Below are positions 10,991 to 23,200 of a stretch of 64,000 nucleotides of DNA, piece after piece. Made by a program: the position numbers and the translations under genes. The stretch's first letter is position 1. The number at the start of each line of letters is the position of its first letter. A model generated the notes under the pieces. The model did no database searches and was not told the origin of the DNA. It saw nothing but the letters and a program-made list of their open reading frames with translations. This DNA is from Mobula hypostoma (lineage: Eukaryota). The DNA is taken from NCBI RefSeq assembly GCF_963921235.1, contig NC_086097.1, forward strand, positions 10,168,001 through 10,232,000, read 5' to 3'.

Positions 10991-13659
10991 ACAATTTCTG
11001 CTTTCTGAAAGGGTTATAAAAGACACTTAGGCATTTGCTTTGAAAAGCGTAGCGTAAAAATTAGCATGTGCATCAGTCTGAAATATGTCTCAAAGTTCTC
11101 AGACACAAAATATTCCATTGTCAGCAGAATATTTTCTCTGTGCAGTGATCATTTTGCTCCTGATTTATGGGTCTTTCACGATCACTTAAATAATGCATTT
11201 AGTACCCACCATTGAGATGATTGTTGTGTTTAATGTATGTGCTAGTGTCATTTCTCCAATAACTTCTGATAACAATCATGCAACAAAATTGCCATGTCTC
11301 TGAAATAAATGCTATTGTGAAAGATCTCTGGATGCAGAAATAATTGAGTTATTTATTAACATGGTTCCATATACAGTGCAAGTGATTAAATGTGTGGGGT
11401 TTGATTGCACACCAAGACAATTTGCAAGGATAAATACTTGACTAAGAAGTCAGAGGATTCTGGACACAGAAGCAGAAAGCTACTCTTGCAGTCATTGTTG
11501 AAGTGAAAATATTGTTTCACTATTTGTAGTCTATGATCCATAGAAGAGAGCATGATAGATTCAGCAATACTCAGCTGAACCTGCGCTATAATAGTCGACA
11601 AAGTCAATGAAAGTGTTTACATTGACTCTCTCCCTCTCGCTTGATGCTGTCGGAGGATGGTGCCGAAGTCGATTGGTCTTGGGCAAGTTTAAATAATGTG
11701 ATTTGCGGATTGGATTCTGCAGTTCATGCCATGATGTGATTCTGGCTTCTGGACGCTTCTTTTTTCATTGCTGTCTTGTGCGATTTTGTTCGGGGTGGTC
11801 TAACGCTGTGGCCTGCAGATAGCAAGAGACCGTGTTTCTTTGATTGAACTGAGCTGAGCTGAACTGAATATACCTGGACTCTTTCAATGTCTTTCTGATT
11901 TGGTGTTTTGTATTCTGTATTCTTCGCTAATCTGATTTATTACCGTTAGCACGACTTATTCTTTTTATTTTGTTTTGAGGTTTTTATATTTTTCTTTAAA
12001 TGGATTCCATGGATTCCATGGTTTTCTACTTTCCACGGCTGTCTATGTCTCAGGGATGTTTACCGAATACAGACTTTAAAAATAAATGTACTTTGAATCT
12101 TTGAATTTTGAACAGGGTACCAACTGCTGAAAATCTGCTTACCATATTTAAGGGATCCAGCATCTGTTTCAGCCCAATGCCTTGCACACAGCTTGATTTC
12201 TGCAGCTTCTCTCCATGTCTTCATTAGTTCTGGAGGAGGTCAGTCGCGAGAGACCAAAACCTGGAAAATGGCCGCCACCCACAATATTAATGCTGAATGA
12301 CAGTGTTGCTTTCCCAGAGGGATCAGAGAAGAGAGTATTCAAGGTACCCTCTTGAAATTTTTGTTCTATTCAGATGGAAGTTTGTATATTGAGTTGATTG
12401 ATTACATGTATCAACAGCAGCCACTGACGGCAATGACCTTATATCTGTTTTTCTCCTTGTCACCAGGCTGATGATGGAGTGAAGATGCACACACATTTAT
12501 CAATAAAATGACAGCCAGCTGTCATATCAGTGCTGAATCCACAAATAAGGGACCCCAGTGTCACACAAAGAAAGGACTGCCTCATAAACAGTATCAGCAT
12601 TCCCCAGAAACTGCAGTCTTCACAATGAATCACATATGACAGCCTGGAGACATATTTTGAGCAATGATTACCTGGGAAGGAAAGTGCTATTAAGTAAGGA
12701 TGTAAGAACTTGGCACAACCCAGTGACAGGTCCCTTTCATATTTTGATGAATCCCACCTTCTTTTGTCGTGGCTAAAGGTTGCTCACTTTCCAACTCGAT
12801 AGTACCTGTCACCCTGATACAGGTTAAGTATGCTAGAGCACAGCAATTAAAATTGATCCATCACGTATTTGTTATCACTGTATGTCATTTTCATTTCCTT
12901 CCTTCACAGGCAGCCGATGAGAAACAGGAATCATTGAAATTCACCGCTCGCTGTGGGTCTTGACTGATATGGAGATTTTTATGTCTTGGTTGCTATATTG
13001 TGACAAAGAGTCTACAGATCTGATAAGTATAACAAAAATCCTCCAACAATGAGACTGCAGAGATAGACGGAAAGTCTATTCAGAGAAAGTAAGCTATGAT
13101 CATTTCACATGAATCGCATTGAATAAAAACTAAACCTAAAGAAAGTCACATTTAGTTTCTTATATGTTGCTATGGGAGCTCATCACTGGTCACCTAACTT
13201 TAGACACATTTGTGGTGAGTTCAAGCCAGGTCTTTCAACCATCGTTTCAGAGGGAGTCAGAATTAAATTTTACCTTTGCATGTTTAATGGACTCCTCTGG
13301 ACACATGAAAGCAAAGAAAAGCTGTTCCTTAGGGCAAAAATATATCTCAAGAAACCAATCCTAAATCATACTGTTGTTTATACACCATGTGATCTCATAC
13401 ACAACTCTGCATCAAGTAATACATTCCAAATAAGCCCAAAAAAGGCAGTCTGAAGCAATTCTCTATTTCATTGACTCTGAGAAATACAATGCATTGGTTC
13501 ATGTAATTTTCCATCTCAATAGTGCATCGGTATTAGTTATCAGACTCAGAAAGAGAAGGAAGAGATAGGCTATTCAGGTTTGCTCAGACATTCAATTATG
13601 ACTAATTTATTATCCCCCCTCAATCTCATTCTCCTGCCTACTGCTCATATCCTTTGGAT

Positions 13660-14440
13660 CGTTGGAGGGGCAAGTAGCTTTGAGGAAACAGGGAGTCTGC
13701 AGATGGGGAGAAATTTCATAAATCAGAGCACAAAGGGAATTGGGAGTCCTCATGCTGGATCACTTTGCAGGTTAACTCATTGGTAAGGAAGGCAAATGCA
13801 ATATTAGCATTCATTTTGAGAGAACTAGAATACAAAAGTAAGGGTGTAGTACTGAGGCTTTATACAGCATTGGTCAGACCACACAGAGTATTATGAGCAG
13901 TTTTGGGCCCTTTATCTAAAAAAGATGTGCTGGCATTGGAGAGAGTCTAGAGGAGGTTCACACAAGAATGATTCTGGGAATGAAAGGGTTAATGTATGAG
14001 GAACTTTTGATGCCTTTAGGCCTGTACTCACTGGAGTTTTGAAGAATGAGGGAGGATCTCATTGAAACCTATCGAATATTGAAAGACCTAAAAGGAGTTC
14101 TTGTGGAGAGGATGTTTCCAATATTGAGGGAGTCTCAGATCAGAGGGCACATTCTCAGAGTACAGGGACATCTATTTAGAAAATAGGTGAGGAGAATTTT
14201 TTTTATGGAGATGGTAGTGCATCTATGGAATTCATTCCCACAGATAACTATGGAAGCCAAGTCATTGGGTATATTTAAATCGGAGGTTGATAGATGCTTG
14301 ATTGGTCAGGGCATGAAGGGATACAGGGAGAAGGCAGGAGACTGGGGCTGAGAGGGAAAATGGATCAGCCATAATGAAATATTTGAGTAACCCTGATGGG
14401 CCAAATGACCTAATTCTGCTCCAATATCTTATGGTCTTAT
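13660..14440 (+). mobile_element. CR1 LINE 3' fragment
   Basis: aaggcaaatgcaatattagcattc...gagtattatgagcagttttggg...tatggtcttatgg tail. An inverted CR1-tail piece precedes it at ~13560-13655. Confidence 0.8.
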
Positions 14441-14504
14441 GGAATTACAACAAAAGCTAATCTAGTAACTTTTCACTGGCATGCATACAACATGGACGTG
14501 TGTG

Positions 14505-15525
14505 GGGCAAGTTGTGTCTCACTAACTTGATTGAGCTTTTCTGACAAGGTGATGAGTGTGACTGACGAAGGTAGAGCTGTGGATGTTGTCTACATGGATT
14601 TTAGTAAAGTGTTTGACAGGTCCCTCAGGGGAGACCCATACAGAAGATTAAGATGCATAGGATCCATAGTGAATTGGTCATTTGGATTCGGAACTGGCTT
14701 ATCCATAGAACGCAGTGGGTGGTCGTGGAAGGGATTTATTCTAGCTGGGGGTCTGTGATTAGTGGTATTCCACAGGTATCTCAACTCGTACCTGCGTTGT
14801 TTGTGATGTATACAAATGACTTGGATGAAAATGTAGATGGTGGGACTTTAGTAAGTTTGCAGATGATACAAAGATTGAGAGTGTTTTGGATAGCGTATAT
14901 GACTGGCAAAGAATACAGTGGGATACAGATCATTTGCAGGTATGGGTGGAGAAATGGCAGATGGTGCTTAACCTGTCAAATGTGATGACCCTGTACACTG
15001 TTATTGGAAAGACCCTTAACAGCTTTGAGGAGCAGAGGGAACATGGGGTCCCAATTCATAGCTCCCTGAAAGTAACCACAAAGTTTGTAGTGTCGTTAAA
15101 AAGGCATATGGCATGCTGGCCTTTATTAGTTGGCACACTGAGTTCGAAAGTCACAAAGTTATGACACAAAGATAGAGGTTTATAAGATTATGATGGGCAT
15201 AATTGAGTATCCCAGGGTAGAAATGTATAATATCAGAGGTCTGAGGAGGTAATTTCAAAGGAAATGTGAGGGGCAAAGTTTTTTACACAGAGAGTGATGA
15301 GTGCCTGGAATGCACTGCCTGGCATGGTGGTAGAGGCAGATACATTAGGGTCTTTTAAGAAATATTTCGATGGCCACGTGAGTGTAAGGAAAATGGATGG
15401 AATTAAACATTGTGTAGGAAAAAGGGATTAGTTTAGTTGGCTATTTAATTAGTAATTTATTTGGTTTGACACAACTTTGAGGGCTGGAGGGCCCCTTCCT
15501 GTGCTGTACCGGTTTATATTCAATG
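14505..15525 (+). mobile_element. CR1 LINE RT fragment, decayed
   Basis: ORFs 14531-14758 (AVDVVYMDFSKVFD) and 14653-14985 (SGIPQ), then the CR1 3' region. Confidence 0.85.
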
Positions 15526-15869
15526 TAATTACCATGAGAGAACTGGGGCTCAGTTGTAATGCTTAATTATTTAATTTTAAAAACTTAAATAAGCAAGCAG
15601 ACTTCTATAGAAATGAAGGCACTGGAGATATTACAACTTTTGCTATTATTACTCTGACATATACTGTATGCTGGAGTTAATCAATATTGGATTATTGATC
15701 TATAATAACATTAATTACTAAAGATTATGAACAGAACTGTAATATTTGATGCTATGTACCACCTTAATCACTTCATACTACAAAACATTTTTTTGTTCTA
15801 ATTGTGTACTTTTGGTAAAATTTTGTATAATTTATGTGTAACTTATATTTATAATTATATACAGTGATG

Positions 15870-16160
15870 TGATGTGATGGCATTCTTCTGTCTCAAAGAA
15901 CAATGGGTGTTTTGGCACTGCAGTGTCTTTATATAAGAAGGTGTGGAGATCCTGAGATGCCGCATCATCAAGATCCGCCCCTCAGCTTCACTGGTGTAGT
16001 CCAAAGAAAAACAAAGCAATATGTTTGGCATCAGCTTGGCTGCAGAAGGTGCTGGAAGGAGGTTCAGTGATGTCCAGCCGACTTAGGGGCTCCACTCTGG
16101 ATTTTTTGTCTGGGTTTACTCCTGTAGCCTTCATCTCTCCCAAGAGTGCCCACAAGGAAG
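15870..16160 (-). mobile_element. Interspersed repeat, possibly RTE-related
   Basis: Shares ctctggattttt...gggtttactc..agccttc with 54380-54420; (gatgt)n simple end. The family assignment is recognition only. Confidence 0.35.
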
Positions 16161-16559
16161 TGGGGCATTTACCCATAGCTGGTACCCAGATCTGGGTCAC
16201 GAGCGTCAGGATGTGTACACACATTGGTGGACCTCCGTGCTATATGTCCGGGGGCCAGACCACCTCCCTGTCCTCTGTGGTTCAGCAATGTCTCCTAATC
16301 TGTAGACTGGGAAGCTGTGTATTATGCTGGGGAATTCTAGTGTGTCTAACTTCTGTCGCTCCACGCTATGTGACTTCTATATCTGCCCAATGGCAATTAA
16401 GGCCTTCCCTTCAGCCGCAGATGGGAGTCAGCACAAACAGTTCAAACAAGGTTGAGTTTTAATACTTCACATGCCTCTTACTCAGGAATACCTAGCACTG
16501 AGGGAGTGCTCCACTTTAAAGTTCAAAGTTTAAAATAAATTTATATATGTCACCATATA

Positions 16560-16632
16560 CAATACTGTGCAAAAGTCTCAGGCACATACTGTATATATAG
16601 CTAGGATCCCTAAGACTTCTTGCACAATACTG
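16560..16632. mobile_element. Tc1/mariner-type miniature inverted-repeat element
   Basis: TIR caatactgtgcaaaagtct...agacttcttgcacaatactg, preceded by TA; same family as 17385-17451. Confidence 0.75.
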
Positions 16633-16659
16633 CATTTGTCAATGTGGAGTGGAGAACAG

Positions 16660-17240
16660 AGCTCGGATGTAATACTGAGGCTTTATAAAGCACCTGAGAG
16701 GCCTCACCTGGTGTATTGTGAGCAGGTTTGGGCCCATTATCTAAGAAAGAATGTACTGAAATTGGAGAGCGTTCAAAGGAGGTTCACAAAAATGATTTCA
16801 GATTTGAAACGCTCGTCATATGAGAAGCGTTTGATGGCTCTAGGCCTCTACTCACTGGAATTCAGAAGAACAAGTGGGGACCTCATGTAAACCTATTGAA
16901 TGTTGAGAGGATGTTTCCTATGGAGGGGAGTCTAAGACCAGAGGATACAGCCTCAGAATAGAGGGACTCCCTTTTAGAATGGAGATGAGAAAGGATTTCT
17001 TTAGCCAGAGTGTGGTGAATCTGTGGAATTCTTTGCCACAGGCAGCTGCGGAGGCCAAATCTTTATGTACATTTAAAGCAGAGTTTGATAGATTCTTGAT
17101 TGGTCAGGGCATGAAGGGATACAGGGGGAAGGCAGGAGATTGGGGCTGAGAAGGAAAATAGATCAACCATCATGAAATGGTGGAGCAGACTCAATGGGCC
17201 AAGTAACCTAATTCTGTTGTTATATCATATGATCTTATGG
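16660..17240 (+). mobile_element. CR1 LINE 3' fragment
   Basis: ORF 16567-16890 contains LRLYKAPERPHLVYCEQVW...QRRFTKMI...LGLYSLEFRR; CR1 3' UTR follows. Confidence 0.85.
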
Positions 17241-17384
17241 TTCCCTCTCCCTGCACCCTTCATACTTTCAGTCTGCAATAGTGACCCATATCAGAATTAT
17301 ATATTGGCTTATTATCATTCACATGTGATATAATTAGGTCTTTTTTTTTGCAGTTGTAGTACAGTATAATACATAAAATTACTA

Positions 17385-17451
17385 CAATACTGTGCAAAAG
17401 TCTTAGGTTCCCTACCTATATATATGCATCTAAGACTTTTTCACAGTACTG
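17385..17451. mobile_element. Tc1/mariner-type MITE
   Basis: TA|caatactgtgcaaaagtcttagg...taagactttttcacagtactg|TA: TIRs with TA duplication. A partial third copy lies at ~56807-56891. Confidence 0.8.
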
Positions 17452-18766
17452 TACTACATTGATATTTATTTTCAGTCAGGATTTCACAGTAGAACAAAGA
17501 AATCCAATTGAATCAATGAAAAAATACACAGAAATGAAGACTGACACACACCACGATCCCCATGAATCCGTATTAAACTAATATCTGTTGAATATACTGT
17601 ACTTCCTTGAGTTTCACCATCTCTCAGGCATTCACAATAGAACTAAGAAGTACAATAGAATCAATGAAAAACTGCACACAAACAAGTAAACGGTCGATGT
17701 TTCATGGAATGGCATAGAACCAGAATCAGAATTAGAATCAGGTGTAATATTACCAGCACATGATGTGAAATTTGTTGTTTTTGCTGCAGCAGTACATACA
17801 TAATAATAGAGAAATAAATAAATAACCAGAATAACTAAACAAGTAAACAAAACTTTTATATTACTCTGTTAGCCTTGCCCAAATGACAGTATAATCTCTG
17901 TAAACCAGATCAGTCTACTTCTAAACCTTCACTGAGATTATGTATAAATTCTGTGAACAGCAAAGATTTTAAGACTGATTATCCAATTAGAAAATATATA
18001 ATTGATAGATTGTTTCACTTTGCTTCCAATTATTTAGCTAACACACTATTCAATTTACAATTTCCTTCTTTACCTCCAAGCCATTCAATTTACCTCTAAA
18101 TAAATCCTCAGCCAAGGAGCCAGGTTATGTTTATTTTGAAAATCGATATCTACATACCTCTGAGGTTTCAATCACCCATCAGTGCTGTTAAATCTCCAAA
18201 GAATTTCAATAAATTTGTTCAGCATGGTCTATCTTCTGCAGCGTGTATTAGTTTGGAATAATTGCATTTACTGCTGTTAATTGAAGTTGAATTACTTCCT
18301 TCATAATGGACTCCAATAGTTTCCCACATAGAAGTCAAACTAATAGGCCAATCATTTTCAGAATTGTGCTTTTGACCTCTTTTTTAACAAAAAACAGGTA
18401 AGTATATTCCTAATTTTGGTTATGTGCCTGCTCTTAATGAGCTGTGAAATCCTCAGCCAGAAATGTCCCTGTTTTTTATTGCAGTTGAGTAGTTTAAGAT
18501 GCATTTTTTCCCGGATACTGTTGCCTCATGAATATTCAGCACTTGATCCAATGTGCCAGTTTAATTTGACTGTCAGCAATTTCAATTTTGGGTCAATTTA
18601 AGATCCACAATGGATCTAATCTAATGGGCTACTGATAGAGAAATTATTCTTTCCCAAATCAATGGCGTATTTAACCAAAGCTGCCTACTTAAAGCACTAG
18701 AAAGATTCCATTAAACCAACTGAAAGGTTCAAAGTTCAAAGGAAATTTATTATTGAAGTACATATA

Positions 18767-19582
18767 ATGTGGATAAATGTGAAGTTATCCACTTTGGTGG
18801 CAAAAATAGGAAAACAGATTATTATCTGAATGGTGGCCGATTAGGAAAAGGGGAGGTGCAACGAGACCTGGGTGTCATTATACACCAGTCATTGAAAGTG
18901 GGCATGCAGGTACAGCAGGCGGTGAAAAAGGCGAATGGTATGCTGGCATTTATAGCGAGAGGATTCGAGTACAGGAGCAGGGAGGTACTACTGCAGTTGT
19001 ACAAGGCCTTGGTGAGACCACACCTGGAGTATTGTGTGCAGTTTTAGTCCCCTAATCTGAGGAAAGACATCTTTGCCATAGAGGGAGTACAAAGAAGGTT
19101 CACCAGATTGATTCCTGGGATGGCAGGTCTTTCATATGAAGAAAGACTGGATGAACTGGGCTTGTACTCGTTGGAATTTAGAAGATTGAGGGGGGATCTG
19201 ATTGAAACGTATAAGATCCTAAAGGGATTGGACAGGCTAGATGCAGGAAGATTGTTCCCGATGTTGGGGAGGTCTGGAACGAGGGGTCACAGTTTGAGGA
19301 TAGAGGGGAAGCCTTTTAGGACCGAGGTTAGGAAAAACTTCTTCACACAGAGAGTGGTGAATCTGTGGAATTCTCTGCCACAGCAAACTGTTGAGGCCAG
19401 TTCATTAGCTATGTTTAAAAGGAAGTTAGATATGGCCCTTGTGGCTACAGGGGTCAGGGGGTATGGAGGGAAGGCTGGGTTCTGAGTTGGATGATCAGCC
19501 ATGATCATAATAAATGGCGGTGCAGGCTCGAAGGGCCGAATGGCCTACTCCTGCACCTATTTTCTATGTTTCTATGTTTCTA
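18767..19582 (+). mobile_element. CR1 LINE 3' fragment (young)
   Basis: ORFs 18769-19047 and 19108-19485 (LVRPHLEYCVQF, RGDLIETYKIL, FFTQRVVNLWNSLP); (tttctatg)n tail. Confidence 0.95.
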
Positions 19583-19586
19583 TATA

Positions 19587-19931
19587 CGAGGGGTGATTGA
19601 TAAGCTTGTGGCCTAATGTAGAAGGAGATAAGATAACTTCAAACTTCCTGCATAATCACTAATAATCGCACATAAACTTTCTGCATAATCATAAGTTGAC
19701 CTGCATGTGCGTGTAACGAGAGCTGTATAACTCATCTCCTTCTACCTTAGGCCACAAACTTATCAATCACCCATCTGCAGACACTTTCTGGAGGTCCAAG
19801 ATCCGCACACTCCACGACCGCTGGACTAAGTGTGTAAATGTAGGAGGGGACTATGTTGAAAAATAAATGTGCTAGCTTTTCTAAAATTGACTCCTTCTAC
19901 CTTAGGCCACGAACATATCAATCGCCCCTCG
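19587..19931 (+). mobile_element. Non-autonomous mariner element with transposase C-terminal remnant
   Basis: TA|cgaggggtgattgataagcttgtggcctaatgtagaaggag ... ctccttctaccttaggccacgaacatatcaatcgcccctcg|TA. 19801-19866 translates IRTLHDRWTKCVNVGGDYVEK*, a typical mariner transposase end. Confidence 0.9.
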
Positions 19932-20630
19932 TATGTCACCAAATACAAGCTTGGGATTTATTTTCCTGTGTGCAATCACAGTAAATACTAGTTGAATTGA
20001 ATTGAATTGACTTTATTTCTTACATTCTTCACATACATGAGGAGTAAATATCTTTACGTTACGTCTCTGTCTAACTGTGCAATGTGAAATTTATAGTAAT
20101 TTGAATAAATCATATGTACAACAGGACAGTCAATATAGCATGGAAATACAATTGTATCAGTGTGAATTAATCAGTCTGATGGCCTGGTGGAAGAAGCTGT
20201 TCCATAGCCTGTTGGTCTTGGCTTTTAAGCCCTTTCCTGGATGGTAGCAGCTGGAACAATTTGTGGTTTGAACACAATCGAATCAATGAAAAACTACACA
20301 CAAAGGCAGACAACCAACCAAAGATGGACAAATACAAGTATCTCTCACTCCACATTTCTTCCTGATTCAACTGCAATGCAGAAACAGATAATTTAATTGT
20401 CCACTAACCTTCTAGTAACATGCCATCTGGCCTTAGATACCAGTCCTTAATGTCCCCGCAAGAACTTTGAAAGCACTCTGCCACACCAATTTAATTACAC
20501 TTTCCCACACTTTCTGATGGCAAGTAAGGATGGTTAGTAATCAAAAATAACTTTGTTAATGATTATTCTTAATGTGCTAGAATTTCAAAATCTGTAATAA
20601 TTTGCTTTTGATTCCCACTGCTCTCCATGA

Positions 20631-20888
20631 AGATCAATTCCCGCCATTTTCTGTAAGGATCAATTCCCCTCATTGTTTTTTTATCAATTCCAGCCGTTGT
20701 CTGTAAGGATCAGTTCCCACCATTGTCTGTAAGGGTCACGTCTCACAGTTATCTCCAAGAATCAATTCCCACCGTTTTCTGTAAGGTTCAATTCCCACTG
20801 TTTTGTGTAGGGATCAATTCCCGCCACTATCTTCAAGAATCGATTCCCGCCATTATCTCCAAGGATCAATTCCCACCGTTTTCTGTAA
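20631..20888 (+). repeat. Minisatellite, 10 x 26 bp (consensus GGATCAATTCCCACCGTTTTCTGTAA), derived from a SINE B-box
   Basis: Units start at 20631, 20657, ~20681, 20707, 20733, 20759, 20785, 20811, 20837 and 20863; the last unit runs directly into a SINE body. Confidence 0.9.
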
Positions 20889-21128
20889 GGAGTCTGCACA
20901 TTCGCTCTATGATCATGCAGATTTCCTCTGAATGCTCTGGTTTCCTCCCATATTTCAAAAACGTATGGGTTAGGGTTAGTAAGTTGAGTAGACACTGGAA
21001 GCATGGTGACTTACAGTCTGCCCTCCAGTACATATTCAGACAGTGTTGGTCATAGCTGCCGATGATGTATTTCTGTGTATGCTTCGACATTTGTTATGAA
21101 TGTCATCAATAAAGCTAATCTTTATCTT
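20889..21128 (+). mobile_element. tRNA-derived SINE body
   Basis: ggagtctgcacattc...atttcctctgaatgctctggtttcctcccatatttcaaaaacgta...aataaagctaatctt; homologous to 29720-29800 and 37640-37830. Confidence 0.75.
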
Positions 21129-21289
21129 CTGAAACTGGTATTGTTTGCATATTTCCAAGAGCTAATTATTGCTACATTTGTCCCCAAAAAATAGTTGAAA
21201 ATAATTTGGTATTCTGAAGCTCCAAAGGGATATTTTTGTCCATTAACGGTTTGGATACAGTATAAAGCACTTTTTCATTTAAAATTCCA

Positions 21290-22246
21290 TTTCGTGATTT
21301 TTATTAGCGACCTGGATGTGGGGGTAGAAGGGTGGGTTGACAAGTTTGCAGACAACACAAAGGTTGGTGGTGTTGTAGATAGTGTAGAGGATTGTCGAAG
21401 ATTGCAGAGGGACATTGATAGGATGCAGAAGTGGGCTGAGAAGTGGCAGATGGAGTTCAACCCGGAGAAGTGTGAGGTGGTACACTTTGGAAGGACAAAC
21501 TCCAAGGCAGAGTACAAAGTAAATGGCAGGATACTTGGTAGTGTGGAGGAGCAGAGGGATCTGGGGGTACATGTCCACAGATCCCTGAAAGTTGCCTCAC
21601 AGGTGGATAGTGTAGTTAAGAAAGCTTATGGGGTGTTAGCTTTCATAAGTCGAGGGATAGAGTTTAAGAGTCGCAATGTAATGATGCAGCTCTTTAAAAC
21701 TCCGGTTAGGCCACACTTGGAGTACAGTGTCCAGTTCTGGTCGCCTCATTATAGGAAGGATGTGGAAGCATTGGAAAGGGTACAGAGGAGATTTACCAGG
21801 ATGCTGCCTGGTTTAGAGAGTATGCATTATGATCAGAGATTAAGAAAACTAGGGCTTTACTGTTTGGAGAGAAGGAGGATGAGAGGAGACATGATAGAGG
21901 TGTACAAGATAATAAGAGGAATAAATAGAGTGGATAGCCAGTGCCTCTTCCCCAGGGCACCACTGCTCAATACAAGAGGACATGGGTTTAAGGTAAGGGG
22001 TGGGAAGTTCTAGGGGGATATTAGAGGATGGTTTTTTACTCAGAGAGTGGTTGGTGTGTGGAATGCACTGCCTGAGTCAGTGGTGGAGGCAGATACACTA
22101 GTGAAGTTTAAGAGACTACTAGACAGGTATATGGAGGAATTTAAGGTGGGGGCTTATATGGGAGGCAGGGTTTGAGGGTTGGTACAACATTGTGGGTCGA
22201 AGGGCCTGTACTATGCTGTACTATTCTATGTTCTATGTTCTATGTT
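21290..22246 (+). mobile_element. CR1 LINE 3' fragment (RT C-terminal half)
   Basis: ORF 21195-22013 (KFADNTKVGG, WQMEFNPEKC, VRPHLEYSVQFWSP); (ttctatg)n tail. The catalytic ADD reads ADN. Confidence 0.95.
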
Positions 22247-22487
22247 CAGCCGTGTTTGGGGGATATCCATACAGTCTGATCATGTCAGTCTTCAATGTGT
22301 TTCCCTTCAGACGATGTAGAAACCTGTAGACCACGTTTTTAGCCAATCAGATTTCAGTTGTTTGTGCTGGCCCAAATCAAAGGATTTAATGTACAGACCT
22401 TCAATGAGTACTCTTCATTGTAAATATCTCATTGGAAAGCAGTTTTACAGCTCGTGAATGGGGTTCAATTCCCTCTGTTGTCTGTAA

Positions 22488-23200
22488 GCAGTTAGAGTGG
22501 CTGATAGAAAGGTGCGAACACAACAACTTTAGTCTCAATGTGGACAAGACCAAAGGGATGATAGTGGACTTTAGGAAGTTGCAGGCTGACAACTCCTCAC
22601 TGCACATAAATGGCTCACTGTGGAGAGCATTAGGAGCACCAAGTTTATGGAAGTGTACATAATGGACGATCTCACCTGGTCCACACAAGTTAAGGAAGCA
22701 TAGCAGTGTTTTCACTTCCTGAGGAGACTGAGGTAAGCAAGGCTTAGCACTACTGAGAGTGTCCTGACCAGCTGCATCACCATCTGGTACGGGAATTGCA
22801 TAAGCATCTGACCGCAAGACCTTCCAAAGGTTTGCGAGAACTGCTGAGAGGATCATCAGAATTTCTCTTCCACCCTATCAGGAACAAAGTGTACGCAGGA
22901 CCTTATCATTGTCAACGATCCCTCCCATCCGTCCAGCCATCGCTTTGAACTCCTACGATAGGGCAGAAAGTACCGAGGCATTAGGACTAGGATGGTTAGA
23001 ATGACAAACTGCTTCTTCTCCAAGGCCATAAGACTGCTGAACTCCCTGACACCACCCAAGTCTCATCGCATATGAAACAGTAGTAGCATTTATCTGTTTA
23101 CAGTTTAACTTGCATCATAAATGCACCTTATTATTAGTTAATTTATTTGTGGTAATATTACTTTAATGTTGCATGTGAATTGTATGTACTGTGTTGGACA
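22488..23200 (+). mobile_element. Rex1-like LINE 3' fragment, decayed
   Basis: NNFSLNVDKTKGMIVDFRK in ORF 22432-22662; downstream ...caaactgcttcttctccaaggccataagactgctgaac. Confidence 0.75.

Noticed and set aside
12769..12963. Plus-strand terminal exon after tttccttccttcacag (12910, AADEKQESLKFTARCGS*)
   Set aside because: The site is acceptor-like, but there is no recognisable protein, upstream partner exon or other support.
20631..20888. CRISPR-like array
   Set aside because: Units are contiguous with no unique spacers, derive from a SINE, and lie in vertebrate DNA with no cas genes.
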